Positions 50,079 through 59,322 of a DNA stretch of 64,000 bases are shown piece after piece. The stretch is from Alphaproteobacteria bacterium (GTDB lineage: Bacteria > Pseudomonadota > Alphaproteobacteria > SHVV01). The stretch covers positions 3,232,001 through 3,296,000 of the forward strand of contig OZ253470.1 of the NCBI GenBank assembly GCA_965261735.1. The letters are read 5' to 3'. The notes beneath the pieces are model-generated. The model was not told where the DNA came from. It saw nothing but the letters and a program-made list of their open reading frames with translations, and did not search any database. How positions within the stretch are numbered: the first letter of the stretch is position 1; every line of letters begins with the position of its first letter. The translations under genes were made by a program, and so were the position numbers.

Positions 50079-51451
50079 CAGGCTGCTAAAAAAGTCCTCG
50101 CCTTTGCAGTTGTGACATGATTCTGTGATTCCTTCGAGTGATGGAGGATGGCATGCGGGGTCGAGATCAAAGCAGTGGCAATTTATTCAGCTACGTAGAC
50201 TTGGAAGAGCGTGTTCCGGATGATCATCCGCTGCGTCTGATCCGTGAGATCGTGAACGACGTATTGGGGTCTCTATCTTCGGAGTTCGAGACGCTTTATT
50301 CCCACATGGGTCGCCCATCGATCCCGCCGGAGAAGCTTCTTCGAGCGTTACTGTTGCAGGCGTTTTATTCGATCTGCTCGGAGCGTCAGCTGATGGAGCA
50401 GCTAAACTTCAACATGCTGTTTTGCTGGTTTGTGGGGCTTGGGCTGGACGATGGCGTGTGGGACGCCAGCGCGTTCTGCCACAACCGGGACCGTCTTCTG
50501 GAGGCGGAGGTTTCGGGGCAGCTGCTTGCGGGGGTTATCCAGCACCACAAGGTAGGGGGACTATTGAGCCGGGATCATTTTTCGGTAGACGGAACATTGA
50601 TCGAGGCCTGGGCGTCGATGAAGAGCTTTCGTCCCAAAGGTGAGGACGATGGCGACGGGGGATCGGGGCGCAACGCCGCGCGGGATTTTCATGGCGAGAA
50701 ACGCTCGAACGCGACCCATGCAAGCACCACTGATCCGGACGCCCGGCTTTATCGCAAGGGTAATGGCCGGGAAAGCAAGCTGTGTTACATGGGCCATGCG
50801 CTGACGGAGAACCGCCATGGTCTGGCAGTCGGCGGCGGCGTGACCATTGCGTCGGGCACGGCGGAACGCGAAGCCGCCCTTGATCTGATCGACAGGCATC
50901 GCCCGGTGGAGAGTAGAGGCGGGCGGCGTCGGATCACGGTGGGCGGGGACAAGGGTTTTGACGTCGCGGATTTTGTCGAGGAACTGCGGCACCGCAAGGT
51001 GACCCCCCATATCGCCGTCCAGGACCACGTCACCAAGACCGGCAAGCGGCGCAAGACCAAGATAGACGGGCGCACGACGCGCCATCCCGGTTACGGCGTC
51101 AGCCAACGTTGCCGCAAGCGCATCGAGGAGGTCTTCGGCTGGGTCAAGACGAGCGCGGGATTGAGCAAGACCAAATTCCGGGGCCGCCACCGGGTCGACG
51201 CTTCGTTCACCCTGGCCTTGGCCGCCTACAACCTCGTCCGACTACCCAGACTGCTGGCGGAGGCGCCAACATGACGGGCGATACCGGCACGCCGCTGACC
51301 GCAAAGTGGCAGATCATCGAACTGGACGAAGCCCAGGGCATCGGATCGGTCGAGATTGAAGACGGTTTCACCCTAAGACACGAAATCTCATTTCATTTCG
51401 GCGATGAATCCGAGTTCAAGGCCCGGCAATGATGACTTTTTCAGCACCCTG
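50079..51451 (+). mobile_element. IS5-family element
   Basis: TIR CAGGCTGCTAAAAAAGTC / GACTTTTTCAGCACCCTG; CTAG at 50075-50078 and 51452-51455. Confidence 0.9.
50153..51274 (+). CDS. IS5-family transposase
   Basis: MRG.D, GRPSIPPE, FSVDGTLIEAWAS, TTDPDARL, GDKGFD, RKRIEEVFGW. Confidence 0.9.
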   Translation: MRGRDQSSGNLFSYVDLEERVPDDHPLRLIREIVNDVLGSLSSEFETLYSHMGRPSIPPEKLLRALLLQAFYSICSERQLMEQLNFNMLFCWFVGLGLDDGVWDASAFCHNRDRLLEAEVSGQLLAGVIQHHKVGGLLSRDHFSVDGTLIEAWASMKSFRPKGEDDGDGGSGRNAARDFHGEKRSNATHASTTDPDARLYRKGNGRESKLCYMGHALTENRHGLAVGGGVTIASGTAEREAALDLIDRHRPVESRGGRRRITVGGDKGFDVADFVEELRHRKVTPHIAVQDHVTKTGKRRKTKIDGRTTRHPGYGVSQRCRKRIEEVFGWVKTSAGLSKTKFRGRHRVDASFTLALAAYNLVRLPRLLAEAPT

Positions 51452-52141
51452 CTAGAACGCTTCGACCCAGGGGCGGAGCTCGATCTCCCAGGCCCAGGCG
51501 CTGCGGGCCTGCGCGTGCAGCTGGTAGTAGGACTCGGCGATGGCGTCGGGATCGAGGCGTGCCTCGCCCGCGTCGCGCCCGATGCCGCCATCGACGACCA
51601 CGTGGGCGACGTGGAGGCCCTTCGGCGCGAGCTCGCGGGCCATGCTTTGCGCCAGCGCGCGCAGCCCGAACTTGCCGACGGCAAAGCCGGCGGACAGGGC
51701 GAAGGCCTTGACGCTGGCGGTGGCGCCGGTGAACAGGATGGTGCCGTGGCCGCGCGCGAGCATACGCTTGGCGGCCTCGCGGCCCATAAGAAAGCCGCCC
51801 AGGCAGGCGCCGCGCCAGGCGTGCTCGAATTCATCCGCGCCGATGTCGACGATGCTTTTGCGCACGCGGCCGCTCGCGTTGTAGACGGCGACCTCGAGCG
51901 GCCCGAGCTCGTCCTCGACGCGGGCCATGAGCCCGGCGACCGCCGTCTCGTCGGTGCCGTCGGCCGCATAGGCGCGGGCGGTGCCGCCGGCGGCCGCGAT
52001 CTCGTCGACGAAAGCACCGAGCTTGGCCTCGTTTCGCGCCGACAGCGCGACGCTCATGCCGGCGGCGGCAAAGCGGCGGCCGAGCGCGGCGCCCAGGCCT
52101 GGCCCGACGCCGACGATCAGTGCGCTTCCTTGATCAGCCAT
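51452..52141 (-). CDS. SDR oxidoreductase
   Basis: GVGPGLG, FTGATAS, KFGLRALAQSMAREL, ELRPW. Confidence 0.9.
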   Translation of the reverse strand: MADQGSALIVGVGPGLGAALGRRFAAAGMSVALSARNEAKLGAFVDEIAAAGGTARAYAADGTDETAVAGLMARVEDELGPLEVAVYNASGRVRKSIVDIGADEFEHAWRGACLGGFLMGREAAKRMLARGHGTILFTGATASVKAFALSAGFAVGKFGLRALAQSMARELAPKGLHVAHVVVDGGIGRDAGEARLDPDAIAESYYQLHAQARSAWAWEIELRPWVEAF

Positions 52142-52177
52142 GTCTGTCCTCCTTGAACTTGAAAATGCCGGTGCCCC

Positions 52178-52609
52178 TCACGCGAGCAGAAAGTGGCCGT
52201 GCGCGGCCGCGATCCGGGTTGTGCGCTCCTCCTGCCACGCCTCGATGCGCACGTTGGCCACGCGCCGCCCCTGGCGCGTGATCGTGCCGTGAGCGAAGGC
52301 ATCGATTGGCCGGCCCGGCGTGAGGAAATCGATCGACATGTTGATGGTCTTGGGGATGCTCGCGTCCTCCATCTCCCAGATCAGGTGGAAGATCGCGGTG
52401 CTTTCGAGGAGCGCCCCGATGACGCCGCCGTGGAGCGCCGGTAGCACCGGGTTACCGATGTTGCGTGCGTTGTAGGCGAGCCGGCACACCAGGCCCTCCG
52501 GGCCGACCTCCAGCGACAACCCGAGAAAGCGCGCGTAAGGGACGGCGGCCATCAGCTGCTGTGGATCGCGAGCCGCCTTTGCGGCGGTGATGGCGTCGCC
52601 GAGCGCCAC
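52178..52609 (-). CDS. PaaI-family thioesterase
   Basis: GNP..ALHGG, PKTI..SIDFL. Confidence 0.88.
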   Translation of the reverse strand: MALGDAITAAKAARDPQQLMAAVPYARFLGLSLEVGPEGLVCRLAYNARNIGNPVLPALHGGVIGALLESTAIFHLIWEMEDASIPKTINMSIDFLTPGRPIDAFAHGTITRQGRRVANVRIEAWQEERTTRIAAAHGHFLLA

Positions 52610-52612
52610 GGC

Positions 52613-53068
52613 CTAGGTCGTGCCCTCGACCGGGGCGCCGACATTGAGTATGAACGTGCCGACGCTGTTGGCGACCGGCTCGTCACTGTCGGCGTGATAG
52701 GCCTCGGCGCGGGCGAAGGCGATGTGGCGCGTGACCTTGTAGCACGTGGCGCGCGCCAAGAGATCGCGGTGGGGCGTCGCCGGCCGCAGATAGTCGATGC
52801 GCAGATCGAGGGTCATGATCGGCACCGGCCGCTCGAGCGAGATCAGAACGGCGACGCCGCAGGCCGTGTCGACCAGCGTCGTGATCACGCCGCCATGCAA
52901 GACCCCCGAATCGGGATTGCCGACCAGCCATTCCTGCCACGGCAGGCTGAGGACGGCATGATCGCCCTCGGCCTCGATAAGATCGATGCCGAGCTCCTCG
53001 ACGTGGGGTATGGCGATCGGCGAGCGCCGCCGGGACGCGCTCGGTGGGGCTGGTTTGCGCGGGGCCAT
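52613..53068 (-). CDS. PaaI-family thioesterase
   Basis: VGNPDSGVLHGG..TLVD, TLDLRIDYLRPA. Confidence 0.88.
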   Translation of the reverse strand: MAPRKPAPPSASRRRSPIAIPHVEELGIDLIEAEGDHAVLSLPWQEWLVGNPDSGVLHGGVITTLVDTACGVAVLISLERPVPIMTLDLRIDYLRPATPHRDLLARATCYKVTRHIAFARAEAYHADSDEPVANSVGTFILNVGAPVEGTT

Positions 53069-53087
53069 GGCAGCTCGGCCTGCCGCC

Positions 53088-54068
53088 CTAGAGGCCGTGG
53101 TAGTCGCGGTACCAGGCGACGAACTTGGGAACGCCGTCGTCGATGGTGTGCTTGGGCGCAAAACCGACGAGCTCCTGCAGCGGCGCGATGTCGGCATACG
53201 TCTCCTTGACGTCCGCCGGCGGCATCGGCTCCAGGATGAGCTCGGCTTTGCGTCCGGTCTCCTTCTCGATGAGCTCGATCAGATGCGACAGGTGCTCGAC
53301 CCGGTTGTTGCCGATGTTGAAGACGCGGTGCGGCACCTCATCGTCGGCAATTACCGGCGGGTGGTCGAGCACCGCCACGGTGCCGGCGACGATATCGTCG
53401 ATGTACGTGAAATCGCGCCGCATGTCGCCGTTGTTGAAGACGTGGATGGGCTCGCCGGCGTAGATCGCCTTGGTAAAGATATAGAGCGCCATGTCGGGGC
53501 GGCCCCACGGCCCGTAGACGGTGAAGAAGCGCAGCCCCGTCTGGGGGAAGCGGTAGAGGTGGGCATAGCACTGGCTCATCAGCTCGTCGGCCCGCTTGGT
53601 CGCGGCATAGAGCGACTTCGGCAGCTCCACGCGATCGTGTGTGCTGAAGGGCAGCTTGGTATTGGCGCCGTAGACCGAGCTCGAGCTCGCATAGACCAGG
53701 TGCTCGAGCGCGGGTAGCCGCCGGCATAGCTCAAGGATCACCAAATGTCCGGTCAGGTTCGTCTCGAGATAGGCGAACGGGTGATCGATCGAGTAGCGCA
53801 CGCCGGCCTGGGCGGCGAGGTGGACGACACGGTCGATGTCGGTACGGTCGTGAAACTCGGCCGCCATCGCCTCGCGATCGGAGATATCGAGACGCAAGAT
53901 CGTGAACCCCGCGTGCCGCTCGAGGCGTGCGAGCCGGGCCTCCTTGAGCGCGACGTCGTAGTAGGGGCTGAGGTTGTCGACGCCAATCACGCTCTCGCCG
54001 CGGGCAAGAAGCGCCTCGCACAAGTGATAGCCTATGAACCCGGCGACACCGGTAACGAGCATCGTCAT
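53088..54068 (-). CDS. UDP-glucuronate 4-epimerase-like NAD-dependent epimerase
   Basis: TGVAGFIG, HLAAQAGVRYS, YAATK, RFFTVYGPWGRPDMA. Confidence 0.92.
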   Translation of the reverse strand: MTMLVTGVAGFIGYHLCEALLARGESVIGVDNLSPYYDVALKEARLARLERHAGFTILRLDISDREAMAAEFHDRTDIDRVVHLAAQAGVRYSIDHPFAYLETNLTGHLVILELCRRLPALEHLVYASSSSVYGANTKLPFSTHDRVELPKSLYAATKRADELMSQCYAHLYRFPQTGLRFFTVYGPWGRPDMALYIFTKAIYAGEPIHVFNNGDMRRDFTYIDDIVAGTVAVLDHPPVIADDEVPHRVFNIGNNRVEHLSHLIELIEKETGRKAELILEPMPPADVKETYADIAPLQELVGFAPKHTIDDGVPKFVAWYRDYHGL

Positions 54069-54128
54069 GCGCTGGTTGGGTGCACGTGAGGAACTGGCGC
54101 GCCACCATAGCAAACGAAGTCAACGCCG

Positions 54129-54734
54129 TCAGTCCGGTCCGGCAGTTTCTTCCAGCGCGGCGGACCGCGCCCTGGTGACGTAGCGCTGCAGTTGCTCGCG
54201 AATGCCCGTTGGCCATTCCGCGATGCGTTGGGCAAAAGCCTCGAAGTCCTGCGCGAACAACGCGCGCGATGCTTCCTCGAAGCCCGGTAGGTCGCCCGCC
54301 ATGTCCCACATGAAGCAATGCGCCGCATCGATGGCCTTGCGGGTCCGCTCCTGCGCCGCGTTCCCTTTCCGCGCCGTGTCGACCAGCCTGCGCAGGGCCG
54401 CGGACGCCCCGCCGCGTTGCTCGGCGAGCCAACTCCAGTGGCGGGGTAGGAGCGACACCTCGCGAGAGACGACACCCAGCTTGGGTCGCCCAGGCCCGCG
54501 TTTCCGGGGCGGCGCGATCAAGGGGTGGTCGGCGAGCTTCGCCAGAACCTCCGCCTTCTCGCCCGAAAAATCGATGTCCACCGGCCGCCCGGTCTCATCG
54601 TCGAACACGGCGATCCGCTCGTCCGGCCGGCGGTCGAGCCGATCCTTGCTGCGGCGCACGACATCGGCCAGGTCAGCTCTGGCAATAACGTCAGCTCCGG
54701 CAAAGGCCGCGAACATTTTCGGCTCGGAGGTCAC
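54129..54734 (-). CDS. DUF2239-family protein
   Basis: VFDDETGR.VD.D, RGPGRPKLGVVSREVSLLPRHWSWL, AGDLPGFEEASRALF. Confidence 0.85.
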   Translation of the reverse strand: MTSEPKMFAAFAGADVIARADLADVVRRSKDRLDRRPDERIAVFDDETGRPVDIDFSGEKAEVLAKLADHPLIAPPRKRGPGRPKLGVVSREVSLLPRHWSWLAEQRGGASAALRRLVDTARKGNAAQERTRKAIDAAHCFMWDMAGDLPGFEEASRALFAQDFEAFAQRIAEWPTGIREQLQRYVTRARSAALEETAGPD

Positions 54735-54749
54735 TCGTCGTCCTATCTC

Positions 54750-54812
54750 TTTCGCCCCGGGCATAATATTACCCGGGGGAAATTAGCTTGTCAATATTAC
54801 CCGGGTAATATT
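54750..54812 (-). promoter_or_regulatory. Sigma70-type promoter overlapped by palindromic operator boxes
   Basis: TTGACA (54794-54789), 17 nt, TAATAT (54771-54766); perfect palindrome AATATTACCCGGGTAATATT at 54793-54812 plus two degenerate copies. Confidence 0.75.
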
Positions 54813-54912
54813 TACTGGTCCCCGACGGCGACGACGGTGTTGTTCAAGCGGTGGACCGCCGGCCGGTTGCGCGCCTTGGCAGGTCTGCGGGAATGGCCTA
54901 TACCGGCGCGAA

Positions 54913-54950
54913 AGGCGAGGCAGGCGAGGCAGGCGAGGCAGGCGAGGCAG
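54913..54950 (+). repeat. 9-bp tandem repeat (AGGCGAGGC)x4
   Basis: Read directly; ends 2 nt before the ATG at 54953. Confidence 0.9.
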
Positions 54951-54952
54951 AA

Positions 54953-56737
54953 ATGAGCGAACAGCCGGACAAGACCGAACTCGGTGAGCTCCCCGAATGG
55001 GACTTGAGCGACCTCTATCCGGGTCCCGATTCGCCGGAGCTGGAGGGCGATATCCAGGCTGCCGAAGCCGCCGCGCGCGACTTCGTGGAGCGCTATCAGG
55101 GCCGCATCGAAACCCTCGATGGCGAGGCGCTCGGTGCCGCGGTCACCGCCTACGAGGACATCGAGGAATCGCTCGGGCGGATTTCGAGCTTCGCCTTTCT
55201 GCGGTACGCCGGCGATCTGAGCGACGGCGAGGCCGCGCGCTTCCTGCAGAACACGCGCGAGCGCCTCAACCGCATCGGCACCACTCTCCTGTTCTTCTCC
55301 CTCGACCTCATCCGCCTCGAGGATACGGAGTTCGAGGAGCGCCTGAAGGCGCCAGCGCTCGCGCACTATACGCCTTGGCTCGAGAAGATACGCGTCTTCA
55401 GGCCCTATCAGCTCGCCAATGACCTCGAAAAGATGCTGTACGAGAAGGACGTGGTCGGGCACGCGGCGTGGACGCGCCTGTTCGACGAAACGATGGCCGA
55501 GCTTCGATTTCCCGTAGACGGCGAGGACCTGACCAGCGAGCAGGCGCTGCACCTGCTGAGCGACAAGGACGCGGCCAAACGCGAGCAGGCGGCTAAGAGT
55601 CTGGGCCGGGTGTTCGGCGCCAACATCCGGCTGTTCGCCTTCGTCACCAATACCCTCGCCAAGGACAAGGAGATCGAGGACCAGTGGCGCGGCTACCCCT
55701 CCCCCGCCGCCGCTCGCCACCTCGCCAACCAGATCGAGCCCGAGGTGGTCGAGGCCTTGGTGGCCGCGGTGAAGGGCGCCTACCCGCGCCTGTCGCACCG
55801 CTACTATGTGCTGAAGGCGCGCTGGCTCGGTAAGGATAAGCTCGAGCACTGGGACCGCAACGCGCCACTGCCCGAAGCCGACGATCGCACCGTGTCGTGG
55901 GCCGAGGCGCGCGACGTGGTGCTCGGCGCCTATGCGCGCTTCTCGCCCGAGCTGGCGGCGATCGGGCAGCGCTTCTTCGATCACGCCTGGATCGACGCGC
56001 CGGCCCGTCCCGGCAAGGCTCCCGGCGCCTTCGCCCACTCCACCGTGCCCGCGGTCCACCCCTATCTACTGCTCAACTATCTCGGCAAGACGCGCGACGT
56101 GATGACGCTGGCGCACGAGCTCGGCCATGGGGTGCACCAGGTGTTGGCGGGCCCGCAGGGCGCGCTGATGGCCGACACCCCGCTCACGCTCGCCGAGACC
56201 GCCTCGGTGTTCGGCGAGCAGCTCATCTTCCGAGCCCTGCTCGATGCCGAAACCGAGCCGGTGCGCCGGCGCGTGATGCTCGCCGGCAAGGTCGAGGACA
56301 TGCTCAACACCGTCGTGCGCCAGATCGCCTTCCACGACTTCGAGCGCCAGGTCCACGACGAGCGCGGCGCCGGCGAGCTCTCGGCCGAGCGCCTGTGCGA
56401 GATCTGGCTCGCGGTACAGGGCGAGAGCCTGGGCCCCGCGTTCCGCTTCGACGACGGGTACCGCTACTACTGGAGCTACATCTCCCACTTCCTGCACGCG
56501 CCGTTCTACGTCTACGCCTATGCGTTCGGCGATTGCCTGGTCAACTCGCTCTACGCGCTGTACCGCGAGTCCGAGGCGGGATTCGCCGAGCGCTATCTGG
56601 CCATGCTGCGCGCCGGGGGCACGCTCCGCCACCGCGAGCTCCTCGCCCCATTCGGGCTCGACGCCAACGACCCCGACTTCTGGTCGCGCGGGCTCGCGGT
56701 CATCGCCGGCTTCATCGACGAACTCGAAGCGGACTGA
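54953..56737 (+). CDS. pepF: M3-family oligoendopeptidase
   Basis: WDLSDLY, GAF, HPY.LLNY, HELGH, AETAS, PFYVYAY. Confidence 0.92.
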   Translation: MSEQPDKTELGELPEWDLSDLYPGPDSPELEGDIQAAEAAARDFVERYQGRIETLDGEALGAAVTAYEDIEESLGRISSFAFLRYAGDLSDGEAARFLQNTRERLNRIGTTLLFFSLDLIRLEDTEFEERLKAPALAHYTPWLEKIRVFRPYQLANDLEKMLYEKDVVGHAAWTRLFDETMAELRFPVDGEDLTSEQALHLLSDKDAAKREQAAKSLGRVFGANIRLFAFVTNTLAKDKEIEDQWRGYPSPAAARHLANQIEPEVVEALVAAVKGAYPRLSHRYYVLKARWLGKDKLEHWDRNAPLPEADDRTVSWAEARDVVLGAYARFSPELAAIGQRFFDHAWIDAPARPGKAPGAFAHSTVPAVHPYLLLNYLGKTRDVMTLAHELGHGVHQVLAGPQGALMADTPLTLAETASVFGEQLIFRALLDAETEPVRRRVMLAGKVEDMLNTVVRQIAFHDFERQVHDERGAGELSAERLCEIWLAVQGESLGPAFRFDDGYRYYWSYISHFLHAPFYVYAYAFGDCLVNSLYALYRESEAGFAERYLAMLRAGGTLRHRELLAPFGLDANDPDFWSRGLAVIAGFIDELEAD

Positions 56738-56749
56738 GCCGGTTCCGCC

Positions 56750-58099
56750 ATGGCCGGCGCCAGGGACGAGGACCGGCTGGCCGGCCGACTCAAGCGCTAC
56801 GCAAAGGTATCGACCGCGGTCGGCGGCCTGGCCGCGAGGCTGGCCGGCGAGCGGGTGTTCGGCCTCGCGCTCGACCGGCCGCGCCACGCGGCCGAGCTAC
56901 GCCGCGCGCTCGGCGGCCTCAAGGGGCCGCTGATGAAGGTCGCGCAAATCATGTCGACGATCCCCGAGGCGCTGCCGCGTGAATACGCGGCCGAGCTCGC
57001 CCAGCTTCAGGCCAACGCGCCATCCATGGGCGGGCCGTTCGTCAAGCGCCGCATGGCGAGCGAGCTCGGCCCCGACTGGCGCGCGCGTTTCGCGTCCTTC
57101 GAGCCGGTCGCCGCCGCGGCCGCGTCCCTCGGCCAGGTCCACCGCGCCCGGGCCCATGACGGCCGCGAGCTTGCGTGCAAGCTGCAGTACCCCGACATGG
57201 CTTCCGCCGTCGAGGCCGACGTCCGCCAGCTTAAGCTCGTGTTCTCGATCTACGAGCGCTACGACAAAAGCATCGACACCAGCAACATCCATGGCGAGAT
57301 CGCGGCGCGATTGCGCGAGGAGCTCGATTACGACCTCGAGGCCCGCCACATGCGCCTGTACAGCGAAATGCTCAAGCCGGAGCGCGGCATACACACGCCC
57401 GACGTCGTCGACGAGCTATCGACGCGGCGTCTGCTTACCATGTCCTGGCTCGAGGGCCGTCCGCTGATGGACTTCGTCGACCGCCCCGCGGCCGAGCGCG
57501 ACCATCTCGGCCAGCTCCTGTTCCGGGCCTGGTACGTGCCCTTCTACCGCTATGGGGTGATCCACGCCGATCCCCACCTCGGCAACTATACGGTCGCTCC
57601 CGAGGGCACCATCAACCTGCTCGACTACGGCTGCATCCGCGTCTTTAAGCCGAAGTTCGTGCGCGGCGTGATCGACCTCTATCGGGCGCTACTCACCGGC
57701 GACGAGGCGCTCGCCGTCCACGCCTACGAGACCTGGGGGTTCGAGAAGCTGTCGAAGGAGGTGATCGACACCCTCAATCTGTGGGCCGAGTTCGTCTACG
57801 CGCCGCTGCTCGAGGACCGGCCGCGCCGTATTCAGGAGTTCGAGTCGAGCGGCGTTTACGGTGTCGAGGTGGCGGAGAAGGTGCACCGGCGCCTGCACGA
57901 GCTCGGTGGCGTTCGGCCGCCGCCCGAGTTCGTTTTCATGGACCGCGCCGCCATCGGGCTGGGCGGCGTGTTCCTGCGCCTCAAGGCGGTCATCAATTGG
58001 CACCGCCTGCTGCACGATCTGATCGATGGCTTCGACGAGGCGGAGCTCGAACGCCGCCAAGTCCGGGCGTTGAAGCGGGCCGGAATCGCGCTCCCTTGA
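56750..58099 (+). CDS. ABC1/UbiB-family atypical kinase
   Basis: AAASLGQVH, KLQYP, EELDY, HADPHLGN, LDYGC. Confidence 0.92.
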   Translation: MAGARDEDRLAGRLKRYAKVSTAVGGLAARLAGERVFGLALDRPRHAAELRRALGGLKGPLMKVAQIMSTIPEALPREYAAELAQLQANAPSMGGPFVKRRMASELGPDWRARFASFEPVAAAAASLGQVHRARAHDGRELACKLQYPDMASAVEADVRQLKLVFSIYERYDKSIDTSNIHGEIAARLREELDYDLEARHMRLYSEMLKPERGIHTPDVVDELSTRRLLTMSWLEGRPLMDFVDRPAAERDHLGQLLFRAWYVPFYRYGVIHADPHLGNYTVAPEGTINLLDYGCIRVFKPKFVRGVIDLYRALLTGDEALAVHAYETWGFEKLSKEVIDTLNLWAEFVYAPLLEDRPRRIQEFESSGVYGVEVAEKVHRRLHELGGVRPPPEFVFMDRAAIGLGGVFLRLKAVINWHRLLHDLIDGFDEAELERRQVRALKRAGIALP

Positions 58100-59016
58100 G
58101 GGCGGCGCCGGGACCGGAGCGCGGCGGCACGCCAGCGCTCGGCATCGCCTATCTCCTGTGCGCGATACTGGTGTTTGGCGTGCTCGAGGCGACGGCGAAA
58201 CATCTCAGCGCGACGTATTCCGTGCCCCAGGTCATGTGGGCGCGCTTCTTCTTCCATGCGATCTTTACGCTCGCGCTGATGGCCCCGAGCGGCGTGCTGC
58301 GTTGCCTGAGTACACGGCGATTCGGCTTGCATCTGGTGCGGTCGCTGTTGGTGCTCACGGCGACGATGTCGTTCTTCTTCGCGATCAGCTACGTCCCGCT
58401 CGCCGATGCCACCTCGGTCCTGTATCTCTCACCGCTTCTGGTGACGGCCCTCTCGGTTCCCATGTTGGGCGAGCGCGTTGGCGCGCGCCGATGGGTCGCC
58501 GTGGCGATCGGCTTCGCGGGCGTTCTCGTGATCATGCGGCCTGGTCTGGGGGTCGCGCATTGGGCGCTCTCGATCGTGCTCATCACGGCGCTGTCGAACG
58601 CCCTGTTCGTGATCATCACGCGCCTGCTCGGAGCGACCGAGCCGGCGCTGACCACGCTGCTCTACACGGCGCTCATCGGGATGGTGGCCTCGAGCGCGTG
58701 GGCCCCGTTCTTCTGGACTGCGCCCGACCTCGCCGGTTGGTTCGGGTTCGTGGCCCTGGGCGCGTCCGGCGGCGTCGGGCACTACCTGCTCATCAAGGCG
58801 CTGGAGCACGCCACGCCATCGAGTATCCAGCCCTACACCTACCTTCATATCCTGTGGTCGGCGATGCTCGGCTACGTCATTTTTGGCAATTTCCCGGACA
58901 TTTGGACCTTCGTCGGCGCGCTCTTGATCGTCGGCGGCGGCCTCTTTGCCTTCTACCGGGAAACCGCGTCGGTGCGAGTCCATCAAAAGAACGCGAGCGG
59001 GAGAGGCCCCGGTTGA
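58096..59016 (+). CDS. DMT/EamA-family transporter
   Basis: About 10 hydrophobic segments; LGERVG.RRW, GVLVIMRPG. Confidence 0.88.
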   Translation: MRAAPGPERGGTPALGIAYLLCAILVFGVLEATAKHLSATYSVPQVMWARFFFHAIFTLALMAPSGVLRCLSTRRFGLHLVRSLLVLTATMSFFFAISYVPLADATSVLYLSPLLVTALSVPMLGERVGARRWVAVAIGFAGVLVIMRPGLGVAHWALSIVLITALSNALFVIITRLLGATEPALTTLLYTALIGMVASSAWAPFFWTAPDLAGWFGFVALGASGGVGHYLLIKALEHATPSSIQPYTYLHILWSAMLGYVIFGNFPDIWTFVGALLIVGGGLFAFYRETASVRVHQKNASGRGPG

Positions 59017-59102
59017 TCGGCGATTGCGGTTTGATATAGTGCGCGCGGGCTGCGCTACGGCCTGTGGCGCCAGGACCTCACAACCCAGTCAGAGACGCTC
59101 GC

Positions 59103-59213
59103 ATGGAAATCGAACAGCAGGAGCGCGCGTGGCGCTCTTTCACGCGGCTGACCAAGACGATGATTACCCTGACGGTCGTCACTCTCATCATTTCGGCCTG
59201 GGCCCTGTTGTAG
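59103..59213 (+). CDS. aa3-type cytochrome c oxidase subunit IV-like small protein (36 aa, below the ORF track cutoff)
   Basis: MEIEQQERAWRSFTRLTKTMITLTVVTLIISAWALL; single TM; lies upstream of pnt. Confidence 0.7.
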   Translation: MEIEQQERAWRSFTRLTKTMITLTVVTLIISAWALL

Positions 59214-59322
59214 AACCGGCGGTGGCGCGCATTCCCCGGCTGTCCCGGTGCGGGTCGCCCGGGTTGATCGTGCGCAACTGAAACGCCTCTGACGTTGTGG
59301 GTCCAGCTATGCGGACACAATC

